From positions 389,817 to 432,002 of the forward strand of contig RDEW01000039.1 of NCBI GenBank assembly GCA_011109175.1: a DNA stretch of 42,186 nucleotides, written 5' to 3'. Shown piece by piece: positions 11,224 to 22,188 of this stretch (position 1 is its first letter; each line of letters begins with the position of its first letter). The position numbers were made by a program, and so were the translations under genes. The DNA is from Dicyema japonicum. Lineage: Eukaryota; Animalia; Dicyemida. The notes beneath the pieces are model-generated. The model had not been told where the DNA came from, ran no database searches, and worked only from the letters and a program-made list of their open reading frames with translations.

Positions 11224-11554
11224 GGGTGACTTAGTGGTTAGGTGTCGGGCTTAAGAGGCTTAGGCTACGAGTTTGAATCTCGCTCCTGTACACCTGGTGG
11301 AAGGTTCCACGCATCTACGATTCAGAAATGGTTTGAGAGTGACGCCGTCATCAGTGAATACTTAATGCGGAACTGGATTGTCTAGAAAGGACACTCACAC
11401 AAGAAAAAGAAAACAAAAAGTGAAAATCATTGTTTGGCTCTACGATTAGTTAAAATTAACTGTTCTTTACTTAAATAAAGTGTGTGTCCTGCCTATGCGG
11501 AGCTATAAAATACTATGGCTCTCGTGAAAAGGCTTTATTATTATTATTATTATT
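11224..11554 (+). mobile_element. tRNA-derived SINE, full length, with (TTA)n tail and 14-bp TSD
   Basis: A-box-like TGACTTAGTGG (11227-37), B-box-like AGTTTGAATCT (11270-80) within a CGAG/CTCG T-stem, (TTA)n at ~11535-54. ATGTCACGTGYGAC at 11210-23 and 11555-68. Confidence 0.8.
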
Positions 11555-11664
11555 ATGTCACGTGCGACCTTTTTGAATTTGTTTATCAACGCACCATCCC
11601 ACGTGATAAGAATTTTGGCATATCTCATAAATAAACAAAATTGTTTCAAGATCAAAGATAAAAC

Positions 11665-11800
11665 TAACTAATTAATTCCTTGTTCCAGACGCGTCCCAGC
11701 AAGACCTTCCCTCAAGAACAATGATCCAGAGGGCGTCGTCCGTGGAGTTGAGGTCGATTTTAGAACTTGTCGCCAGGGAACGAAATTGTCCCCCATTATG
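11665..11800 (-). mobile_element. Possible diverged RTE-like 3' end
   Basis: LNSTDD...EGRSCWD...GGAACAAGGAATTAATTAG weakly parallels the LxSxDDLD...RxxW...KELN* ends of other copies. Confidence 0.3.
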
Positions 11801-12656
11801 AATAGTTGGATCCTTTTGAATGCCGGCCAGGTATTGGGCGTCTTTTTATAAGGTGATATTGTCTAAATCAACATGCGTCACTTAGTGATATTGTCTACAG
11901 ACAGATATTATCACTTGATGTAGTCGATTAGCTTGGCTGAGGATAGACTACAAGGTACACTAACTCGACTCTTGTGATTCAGTGGTAGAGACTTTGTCCT
12001 CACACTCAGCATCCATTACTTGGATTAGTTTGTTGCCGTCTTTTCTTTATGGTCAATTTAACTTCCTTCAGATCATAGATTAGTTATGAGGTACTCTTTA
12101 AGTATTAATGCCTATTTTCCCTGCAATGATCTTCAGTAAGGCCTGGTATAGCTTAATCAACTCCAAGAATTACTTGGGGGTTGTATATCTTTCTCTTTGG
12201 CTTAATCTTGTTGGTTGGTTTCATTAACAGATTAAAAAAAGTCTGTATAATTTTGAACTTGTCAATCTTACAACGGTGTCCTTTCGGATAGACTGATGTA
12301 GAATCGACAACAGTAACGAACTATCGAGAACAAGAGGACATGATTAATGAGTTGAACTTTCTGATTAATGCAACCATGAAGATCAATGATCACGAGAGAA
12401 TCGACCTTGAGCTTGCGTCGCATAATATTGAAGTGCATTGACGTCATCCGTCAGAAGAACCGACCATTGAGGAGAGAATTATCACGAAGACCGAGTTGAT
12501 TCTCAGGGATCAGATAGTTCCGAAGCAAGATGAAGAGAAAAAACGGAAACATATTCACGAGAAGAGACATGAAATATTGACTTGTTAAGTAATAATGAGA
12601 TATTTATAAATGGGGAATTGCGAGTTTACATAGAAGCTGAGGATTCCATCAAAGAG

Positions 12657-12974
12657 NNNNNNNNNNNNNNNNNNNNNNNNNNNNNNNNNNNNNNNNNNNN
12701 NNNNNNNNNNNNNNNNNNNNNNNNNNNNNNNNNNNNNNNNNNNNNNNNNNNNNNNNNNNNNNNNNNNNNNNNNNNNNNNNNNNNNNNNNNNNNNNNNNNN
12801 NNNNNNNNNNNNNNNNNNNNNNNNNNNNNNNNNNNNNNNNNNNNNNNNNNNNNNNNNNNNNNNNNNNNNNNNNNNNNNNNNNNNNNNNNNNNNNNNNNNN
12901 NNNNNNNNNNNNNNNNNNNNNNNNNNNNNNNNNNNNNNNNNNNNNNNNNNNNNNNNNNNNNNNNNNNNNNNNNN
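12657..12974. other. Assembly gap (N run); other gaps at 16637-16720, 16994-17063 and 32843-33312; single N at 15295, 16135, 18623, 19554, 19989
   Basis: Read directly from the sequence. Confidence 0.99.
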
Positions 12975-14221
12975 AAAAAACTGAGATTATTGTCTAATAT
13001 TCTTCAGGACTTTTGAATGAAAATGAAACCTTATATGTGGAGCCATTTGAAAAATCACCAAGAAGTCTGAACCTACCTATCTCTACAAAAGAAACTAACC
13101 TGGGAATCATTAAATTAAACGACAACAGGGCAGCGGAACCAGACAACATACCTGGAGAAATGATCAAGTATGCATCTGGTGAACTGAACCCTCATTACAA
13201 AGAATTTAAATAAGGTATTTGAGACGCATTTGTCCTTGAAACTTGGTGATGGAATTTTGATTCCTTTGCATAAACCAGGAAAGAGCAAGGGACCGATAAA
13301 AAATCTAAGACCAGTGATATTACTGGGAACATTGAGGAAGATACTATCTCTGATAACCATTAGTCGGATATCCTCTGATGTTTATAAATTTTTGTCGCCG
13401 GGACAGAGTGGGTTTAGAAGGGGACGCTCGACCGCAGATGCTGTTTGGTCCCACAGGTAAATATGTGCCATGGACATGTGTCAACAATATACGAATGATT
13501 TTAAGATTATGGAAGTAGACATGTCCAATGCGTTTGACACTGTCAATAGAAAAACATTGTTGTACGTTGCTGGGAATTTCCTTGATGAGGATAACACAAT
13601 ACTTGTCCGTTTCCTATTATCTATCACTGAATTAACTGTAAGGGTTGGGAACACGACATCAATGCCTTTCGGGACAACAGTTGGAATACCTCAGGAGGAC
13701 TCTAAATCTCCGGTTCTATTCGTCGTATACCTGGAAGCGGCATTGAGAGCTCTTAGAACAAAATGTGAAGGATGCATGCAGATGGAGATTATATATGCAG
13801 ATGACATAGATTTTGTCATAAGAATTACAAGTGAATTAAAATATATTGATGAAAGTTGGAGGAAAAAAGGAAATTGGGATCCTTACTTGGTGATAGTAAG
13901 GACATGATGTATATAAGAGTTTTAGCCACTGCCATGTATAAAATATGCAGAAGATATGGAGTCTACAAAAACTAATAAAAACAAACTAAAAATAATACTA
14001 TTCAACTCATATTTAAAGACGGTGCTTATGTACCACTCGGGTACATGGGGGGTCACAGAGCTAGAGATCAAGAAAATGGATATATTTCATCGAAAACAAT
14101 TATGCAATTTAATAGGTCTAGGTTGGCCCAAGAAGATTTCAATTAAGAAATTATACTCTGGGCACAATCGAGGCCAATAAGCATCGACATTATTGAATCA
14201 AGATGGAGACTGTTTGGGCAA
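12975..14221 (+). mobile_element. RTE-like LINE RT region, disrupted
   Basis: RAAEPDNIPGE, LIPLHKPGK...NLRPVILL, QSGFRRGRST, DMSNAFDTVNR, GIPQEDSKSPVLF, IYADDIDF, MYHSGTWG, FHRKQL, SRWRLFG. Confidence 0.92.
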
Positions 14222-14880
14222 GTATTTATTTATTCTTACGATAATTTCTTTAACGTCAGCTACTTCGACATACTTTGAGAGAAGGTTGAGATAATATGAC
14301 AATCGAGGCCAATAAGCATCGACATTATTGAATCAAGATGGAGACTGTTTGGGCAAGTATTTATTTATTCTTACGATAATTTCTTTAACGTCAGCTACTT
14401 CGACATACTTTGAGAGAAGGTTGAGATAATATGCCGAGCAACCATATGTAATAATTTCATCGTCATCTTGCATTATTATCTGCTTCATTTTAGTCATGTT
14501 GGCAGCATTGTCCGTTACAAGAATCCCGATTTTACATCCAAACCGTTGCTTGGCGGACTTTGCAGAAGCTAAAGCAACAGATTGAAGATACTCCCCAGTG
14601 TGGCTATATCCAGAGGTGTCCACAGTGTCAATTAGATAGCTTTCTCCATCCGATGTTACAACTGACACACAAATAACAGGTTCATCATGAATGTCACTCA
14701 ACCCGTCCAACATCATAGACACTGTCTTGTTCTGGAGTTTTTGCCGACAATCATTATGTATTTGGTCGTACACACGATCGAGCAATGGACCACCAATTTG
14801 ATGATGAGAGGGTAAACGATACCCAGGAAGAAACATTTGGACGAATTTGACAAATTCCGGATTTTCTACAGCAGCAATTT
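14222..14880 (-). mobile_element. hAT transposase fragment (DUF659/RNase H-like)
   Basis: NPEFVKFVQMFLPGYRLPS, LDGLSD, HTGEYL, VTDNAANM, CSAYYLNLLSK correspond to the DGWS, HT.E, TDNA.NM and C.AH.LNL hAT motifs. Confidence 0.9.
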
Positions 14881-15107
14881 ACCATGGTCTTGGGTTAAAT
14901 AAATAATAATTATTAATAATAATTTTTATCTGGTATGGGTAAAAGGACTATTTCACAGAAAATTTCTTTTTATGCAAAAAAATTCTCAAAGTTTGTTATT
15001 AACGGAAGGGGAATTTATTTTGTTCCAATTGCTCGACTGTTGTGCGATGTGACAAAATTTTTTGTTGAGCACATCGTTCTACAAAAAGTCATTTGAAAAG
15101 GTACAGT

Positions 15108-15480
15108 ATTTTTCTGAGTTTAAAATTATAGTAGAATCCATCCCATCTCAGAGTTCACAAAAATTCATTTCCGAGATAACCGATACTCGGAAAACTTGGG
15201 CTATGAAAGTAATAGAAGCATTTTTGGAAAAAAACATCCCAATTTACAAAATGAGACACCCTTCTCTCATACCCCTTTTTGAAGATGAAACACANATTTT
15301 TCTGAGTTTAAAATTATAGTAGAATCCATCCCATCTCAGAGTTCACAAAAATTCATTTCCGAGATAACCGATATTCGGAAAACTTGGGCTATGAAAGTAA
15401 TAGAAGCATTTTTGGAAAAAAACATCCCAATTTACAAAATGAGACACCCTTCTGTCATACCCCTTTTTGAAGATGAAACA
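15108..15480 (+). mobile_element. CGGBP1-like hAT transposase N-terminal fragment, present twice around N15295
   Basis: KVIEAFLEKNIPIYKMRHPSLIPLFE resembles the AF..ANIPL.KL..P motif of CGGBP1-like/hAT proteins. Confidence 0.5.
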
Positions 15481-15653
15481 TATCATTAGCATCTGAATCA
15501 ACATTTAGGTCAAATATAAAAGAAATCTCAAAATGTAAAGTAGATACTATTTAGAATCAATTAATGTTATTTTTTGAACTTATTTAATAGTGGGGAATAT
15601 GTTTTTCTGGTTTGTGCTGAAGCTCAAGTCAACGGAACTCGATTTTTTAATTA

Positions 15654-16600
15654 CAGTCAAACCCCTCTAAACCGACTCCTCGGTATACCGGAATTCCCTT
15701 AAAACCGGACTAAACTTCTGGTCCCGATTCACCTCATAGGCCATCACTGCTATTTCATCTTCGATATACCGGATCTCCTCTATTCCGAATACCGGCCGTA
15801 TTTTGTGGTCCCAACTTGAATTTTCTTTTATCATAAACCGGCCTTCTGACATCAATCTTTGATCTAATCCTATTAATCGTCTTTAACCTTGAATTGCGAA
15901 CAACGATAGAGATATATTGCGAACAACTCGACAGAAAATCAAAAACTAAAAGATGATAGCTCCGCAAAGAAAACGATTACGTTGCGAATTGTCTTTAAAG
16001 AAGAAAATTCAAATAATAAATGAATCGAACCAAACACCTAAGTCGACACAAAAATTTCTCAGAAAGAAGTATGGAATGACTCAACTTCTTGCCAAAATGG
16101 ATACAGAAACCAATGCGACACCACTTGCAAAAAANCCGAATACCGGCCGATTTTGTGGTCTCAACTCGAATTTTCTTTTATCATAAACCGGCCTTCTGAC
16201 ATCAATCTTTGATCTAATCCTATTAATCGTCTTTAACCTTGAATTGTGAACAACGATAGAGATATATTGCAAACAACTTGACAGAAAACCAAAAACTAAA
16301 AGATGATAGCTCCGCAAAGAAAACGATTACGTTGCGAATTGTCTTTAAAGAAGAAAATTCAAATAATAAATGAATCGAACCAAACACCTAAGCCGACACA
16401 AAAATTTCTCAGAAAGAAGTATGGAATGACTCAACTTCTTGCCAAAATGGATACAGAAACCAATGCGACACCACTTGCAAAAAATTTCTCTCTTGGATGC
16501 TATTCGGTGGATTAGCACAGCTTGGATGGACGTGAAATCAAACACAATCTCCCTCTGCTTTAATAAGTGTGGCATTCCAGTCAAAATATATGATATAAAT
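15654..16600 (+). mobile_element. Internally deleted pogo/Tigger element with left TIR (part duplicated around N16135)
   Basis: TA|CAGTCAAACCCCTC terminus and subterminal ACCGGA-like repeats. The CENP-B-type N-terminus RKRLRCELSLKKKIQII...KYGM joins directly to C-terminal SLLDAIRWISTAWMDVKSNTISLCFNKCGI. Confidence 0.88.
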
Positions 16601-16720
16601 GTCACGAGCCTAGGGTGTTACCGAGCCTAGGTGGTTNNNNNNNNNNNNNNNNNNNNNNNNNNNNNNNNNNNNNNNNNNNNNNNNNNNNNNNNNNNNNNNN
16701 NNNNNNNNNNNNNNNNNNNN

Positions 16721-19085
16721 TAACGCAGTTTTCCCAATTTCTGCTTTTGACAACGTATCAAGAAGTCCAAAGTGCCAAACACTGTCAAACGCTTTTGTTA
16801 TATCCAAACATGCTATTGTAAGAAATTCCTTGTTATTTCGTGAAATTTCGATTGCAGATCTTAGCTCTTTAAAGCAATCTCCAGTCCCTTTTTTATGCCG
16901 AAATCCCAGTTGATTATCAGAGAGAAAATTATTATCCTCAACATGCCTTGATAGACGATTGAAAACAATTTTTTCCATAACTTTCGATATTGANNNNNNN
17001 NNNNNNNNNNNNNNNNNNNNNNNNNNNNNNNNNNNNNNNNNNNNNNNNNNNNNNNNNNNNNNNTGTAAGAAATTCCTTGTTATTTCGTGAAATTTCGATT
17101 GCAGATCTTAGCTCTTTAAAGCAATCTCCAGTCCCTTTTTTATGCCGAAATCCCAGTTGATTATCAGAGAGAAAATTATTATCCTCAACATGCCTTGATA
17201 GACGATTGAAAACAATTTTTTCCATAACTTTCGATATTGAGAAGACTAGGCTAATTGGCCTATAACTATCTGCTTTTGACCTTGGCTTTCCTTTTTTCAC
17301 AACCATGCGTACAATTGTTCGTTTCCAATAAGCTAGAACATGACCAAAACTCCAAGAAGAATTATATAATATGACCAATGCAGTCAGCTCTGAAGCCCGC
17401 TTCCGAAGAGAGCGGGCATTAATCAGGGTTATCCTGATTACTTCTGATTTTTTTGGTGGCTGATCCCTCCTCTTAGGATCGCCACCAAATCCAATAAATG
17501 CTTCGTATCCTTTATTGTTTTCGTTACTTCTATAATGCTTTTTTCTAATTTTTCCAAAGTTTGTGAATAATCAAGTTGACATTCATTATCATTGACCTGT
17601 GTTGAGATTTCTTCTTTCATTCCCTTCACAGGTTCTTCTGTCTGCAATAAATGCTTCGTATCCTTTATTGTTTTCGTTACTTCTATAATGCTTTTTTCTA
17701 ATTTTTCCAAAGTTTGTGAATAATCAAGTTGACATTCATTATCATTGACCTGTGTTGAGATTTCTTCTTTCATTCCCTTCACAGGTTCTTCTGTCTGAGT
17801 AGAAGCTTCTACTGTTGCCCTTCTGCCCGTTGGAATATTCCAACAAGTTCGACCATCAAGAAACGCTGACTTAGCTTTTTTTGATATAGTATGACTATTT
17901 CCGAATTTGGCAAGTTCCTTATCTTCTTTTTTGTAGACTTTTGACTTTTCAGCAACTTTCTTCATTTTCTCACGATTTCCAAAGCTTTCGGACAACCTCA
18001 ATAATTTGCCAGATGAGTAGTCGACCCACAATTAACGCATTTTTTTGTATCATGCGATGCTTTACATTCAGATCTTCTATGTGATCCCGAACAATGTAGA
18101 TACTTTTCTAAGTTCTTGCAAAACCGAGCAATATGTCTAAACTGTTGACAACGAAAACACTGAATTTCTCGTTTTATATACCATTCCGCTTTTATCTTCA
18201 AAAATCCAATAATCAATCCCAATCTGATCCAAACTGTTGACAACGAAAACACTGAATTTCTCGTTTTATATACCATTCCGCTTTTATCTTCAAAAATCCA
18301 ATAATCAATCCCAATCTGACAATGGATTCTGCTTCTCCCCTGCTTGTTAAGACAAGCTTAACAATAGGCAAGCTAGCACCACGGCGTACAAATCTTTCAG
18401 CTCGGAACTCTCCTGTCAACTTTGACGGAAGAAAATCCTTTAATTCATCCATCTCTATCCATGTCGGAACATTTATTAGAATTATAGTCGATGGAGGCAA
18501 TTTTACTTCCTCCATCTCATGTCCACCCAATCCAAAAGGATTACTATCATTCATTGATTTTTTGAAATCTTCAAGGTCTTCCAAGTTCTTAAACAGCAGG
18601 ATAAAATCGCCAGTATGTCGACNAATCCAATAATCAATCCCAATCTGACAATGGATTCTGCTTCTCCCCTGCTTGTTAAGACAAGCTTAACAATAGGCAA
18701 GCTAACACCACGGCGTACAAATCTTTCAGCTCGGAACTCTCCTGTCAACTTTGACCGAAGAAAATCCTTTAATTCATCCATCTCTATCCATGTCGGAACA
18801 TTTTTTAGAATTATAGTCGAAGGAGGCAGTTTTACTTCCTCCATCTCATGTCCACCCAATCCAAAAGGATTACTATCATTTATTGACTTTTTGAAATCTT
18901 CAAGGTCTTCTAAGTTCTTAAACTGCAGGATAAAATCGCCAGTATGTCGACGAGAAATCCTAGCTCTTCTGGCTGATTCCATTCCATCAAAGATGTTAAC
19001 AATAGTTAAATTACCATGTTTAGAATTAATAATTAACCTGACAGAGAACATTCACGACAAACTGGTTCATTCACGACAAACTGAG
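16721..19085 (-). mobile_element. I/Jockey-group LINE: 5' end, gag-like ORF1 with three Cys/His knuckles, deleted APE, partial RT
   Basis: 5' TCAGTT initiator-like start with a 16-bp direct repeat (19049-64/19068-83). ORF1 IILKNVPTWIEMDEL...QCFRCQQFRHIARFC...HCSGSHRRSEC...CVNCGSTTH. ORF2 INARSLRKRASEL jumps to WKRTIV...YRPISL...NQLGFR...DITKAFDSVWH. Confidence 0.9.
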
Positions 19086-19377
19086 AAAAAGTACCTGTAA
19101 TTAATAATTATTTAAAAAGATACCTTTGCTTGTTTTATAATTTTTAGCGAGATCTCTTTCTGAAAATTGGCCATGTTTTATATCTTAGCAATTTTAATTT
19201 TTGTTTCATAATTAATCTTTGAATTCTTTTTACGAACCATACAAGAATCAAAATAAACACGTGAAATAATAGTACTATTTAATAATTAATATATAAAATA
19301 ACATTTTGTAATTGTGAAGAAGATGGAAATCCGCTTCGCCTGATCCTTCCCATGGCAAGAGAAAACCGATTGGATAA

Positions 19378-19730
19378 GAAATTCCCCTCCCCGATCGGAC
19401 TCCTCTGCAAGACCGAGAGAAGGCTATTCCGGAAAGTAGTGGGGACGATGGAAGATCACAGACGTCGAATGGCACAAGTGATTGCGAGGACTGGGATCAC
19501 CTAACTGTTTGACCCTTTTGTCTTTCTTTCTCGGTGTTCCTGGGGTTATTAAANGAAATTCCCCTCCCCGATCGGATTCCTCTGCAAGACCGAGAGAAGG
19601 CTCTTCCGGAAAGTAGTGGGGACGATGGAAGATCACAGACGTCGAATGGCACAATTGATTGCGAGGACTGGGATCACCTAACTGTTTGACTCTTTTGTCT
19701 TTCTTTCTCGGTGTTCCTGGGGTTATTAAA
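19378..19730. repeat. ~176-bp segment duplicated either side of N19554, probably two haplotypes
   Basis: 19378-19553 vs 19555-19730 differ by a few substitutions. Confidence 0.85.
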
Positions 19731-20502
19731 ATAAAAATAAATAATCAAATACGCCTGTCTCGCGTGAATGTTTCTTATATGACGACTTTCTTCGTCCGGA
19801 CAGAAGTAGACGAAGCAGGTTTCAGTCTTTATCACAAAAGCAAAGGAACATGTCTACCTTAAGTCGTCGACAATATGGCTAAAATACAGTGACAGATCAC
19901 CTCGATCGGAAGTGTTGTATACGTATATGCAAGACCGCAATATTTTTGGGTGGCAATCAACAAATACAGGTCCCCATTGTAAATCAGGNACTAAATAACT
20001 TCAAAATGGTTTCATAAAAATCTTATGAGATAAGTTAAAATTTTTGACTAAAGATATAGTATGTAATGATTTAGTTATAGTGCTAGGGAATATTGACCAT
20101 TTAAATACCTCGGTAGAATGGATATGCAAAGTAACTCGTTTTGAATGAAACTAATTACTCAATAATATAAAAATGATGAAATAGCAGTGAAATTCGCATA
20201 ACAGATCTGAATTGAATAAATTTTTATCACAAGCATTAAATTAGCAATCAATTTTTCTCCCAAATTAATGACGTTGAGTTTATAAAATTAGAAACAATTG
20301 AGTTATAAAATTAAAGGAATATTTTTTTAATTATGTTCATTAGAGAAGGTGAATATAAAATGGTTGTACATCTGAGCTCAAATATAGGTAGTGGACTTTG
20401 TAAAGCAGTCTTTCTGAGTTAGACTCTATTGCTAGCATTCTGGTAAAGTTGGACTTGATGCAGAAATATCTGATCTCCTCTACTGGAAAGTTGGGAAAAT
20501 AT

Positions 20503-20620
20503 CATATCTCCCAAGCGATTATCGACCAGATGAACAAGGTGGACAAAGTTGAGTGGATTTCGTAAGTTTCCGAGTATCCCAAGCAAAATTGGAAGACTAC
20601 CTCGAGGTGGATGGCCTTAG
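20503..20620 (+). mobile_element. Decayed N-terminal fragment of a relative of the 28915-32406 retrotransposon
   Basis: QAIIDQMNKVDKVEWIS*VSE...RLPRGGWP aligns with QCVVDKVHTVDKRQWAVEVVE...RMPRGGWP (aa 69-104 of the 1163-aa ORF). Confidence 0.7.
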
Positions 20621-20664
20621 CGAAAAACTTTAATGAAAAATTTCATACGTTGAAGTCCATAGAG

Positions 20665-20680
20665 CAGTGGTTCCCAACAA
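20665..20680 (+). mobile_element. hAT (Charlie-like) terminal inverted repeat, orphan end
   Basis: TAGAG|CAGTGGTTCCCAAC, nearly identical to the terminus and flank at 2384-2403 read on the minus strand. Confidence 0.5.
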
Positions 20681-21224
20681 TTTTGAAAGCACAAAACCCA
20701 ATCGATATTTTTCATTTTATGCGGAACACTCATAAATTTTCAACAATTATCAGTATTTTTTTATTTAAATAAAATAAAATGCTAGTTAGTGAGATAATTG
20801 ATGTCTCTTGCATAGCTCTGTAATATTTGGCCTTGTCCATTTTTACCATCAATTACTTGATCGTTACATTCCTTGATCATAGTCGTGTAAAGCATTCATT
20901 CTGAGTGAGATTTTACAAAAAAAAAAATTTATAAAAACATTATGATTTTTATGTTAAACAAAGATATCAATGATTGATAGTTCCTGAACAAAACATTTTA
21001 TAAAAAACAAAATCTAGGGAATCATCTTAAAGTCATTTGTTTCGAATAAGCTCCATATCTTTCATAACATAATTTGAGTTTCTAGTTTTCTTCTTTGGTC
21101 TTATATCTTTGATCGAAGTTGTTAATATTGACGAAAATCGCTCTAATAATGAGATATTCATTGCGGAATCAACCGAGCGTAAATATTTGACTGAAAAGTC
21201 TGAAAAGTATCATTTAAATTTTTT

Positions 21225-21372
21225 AAATGAAGTGATGTCCTCGACAGTAGTACGTCGATGAAAATAGAAGAGGGGAGACCAACTTCTCTACCTCTCTTTG
21301 GAAGCGGAAGCCTGTAAAGGACTATTGGAGGATGGATTTGGTCAGCACAAGCAGACACTCCTTCCTTGGTTA
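21225..21372 (+). repeat. Unclassified interspersed repeat; second copy at 38605-38752 on the minus strand
   Basis: Shared blocks AATGAAGTGATGTCC, CCTCTCTT(T/C)GGAAGCGGAAG and GATTTGGTCA(G/C)CACAAGCAGA. Confidence 0.75.
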
Positions 21373-21749
21373 AATTTGTTGTGACTGTTTGTGCTAGGAT
21401 AACCAAAGATACTAGGCACTCGTCAACCCCAAAGAATTGTAGATGTGTCCAAACTTCATCCGAATGGATAGCAACAAAACTATTTATGACATTTAAACAC
21501 GTGAGTAATAAAGACCACCAAAGATTATTATTCAAATTCCTTGGTCGATTTTTTATGATGAAATTCTAAGAATCAATCTACGGCGGGTAAAATTGTTAAT
21601 TTCGAAAACCTGGGAAAAAGTCGATGAAATTTATTTTTCAATTTGTTGAGGCATATAAAAGAGTCGTGATTATCTACCAATTGAAGATAATTTCCTAACA
21701 ATGTTGTGAATGAGTATGAATTTAGAAAGCTACGAATTTATTAATATCT

Positions 21750-22188
21750 ATAACGGAATAGGCAAGACTTCGCCTGTACAACGAACTTGTGAAACCAATA
21801 ATACTCCTTTATAATGCAGGCACTTGGGCAGGCACAAGACAAGAACTTGGAAAGCTTCACTCCTTCCATAAAGTTCAGTTTCGGCATACCCCCTCCTCCT
21901 GTGACCATTCCAGACTGCCATTCGACATTCTTTATGAGAAAACGAGGAGGATGCTGTTTGAGCATATACTTCAGCTGGACTTGGGGATCCCACGACCGCG
22001 GCCATGGCGGATTACTTTGTTCTGGACCCTCGCATTTCCCTCCGCGTTTCCTTGTTCGACTGACTGAAACTGTACTTAGCGTCCTAACGAAGATCATAAA
22101 GAAATTGGAAGACGCCTCAAAAACGTGGAAGATCTCGACAGTCGCGAGACGAGGCAAAGAATCGCTAGAGTTGGAAGAAGTTAACTAG
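21750..22188 (+). mobile_element. RTE-like LINE 3' fragment, disrupted
   Basis: RIRLRLYNELVKPILLYNAGTWA, FHKVQFR, RRMLFEHILQLD, ends ELEEVN*. Confidence 0.8.

Noticed and set aside
11224-11290. Possible tRNA gene
   Set aside because: No acceptor stem or full cloverleaf, and the B-box is degenerate. Followed by a body, tail and TSD, so it is called a SINE.
12300-12656. Coding-like acidic/basic peptide stretch before the gap
   Set aside because: Contains stops, has no recognisable motif and is truncated by Ns.
16601-16636. TGTCACG start with a 10-bp direct repeat (possible LTR edge)
   Set aside because: Cut by an N gap after ~35 nt; no second LTR, PBS or gag-pol evidence.
19470-19500. TCCTCGC (HDV L3-like) on the minus strand upstream of the I-group LINE
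   Set aside because: No flanking P3 helix or P1/P2 partners found.
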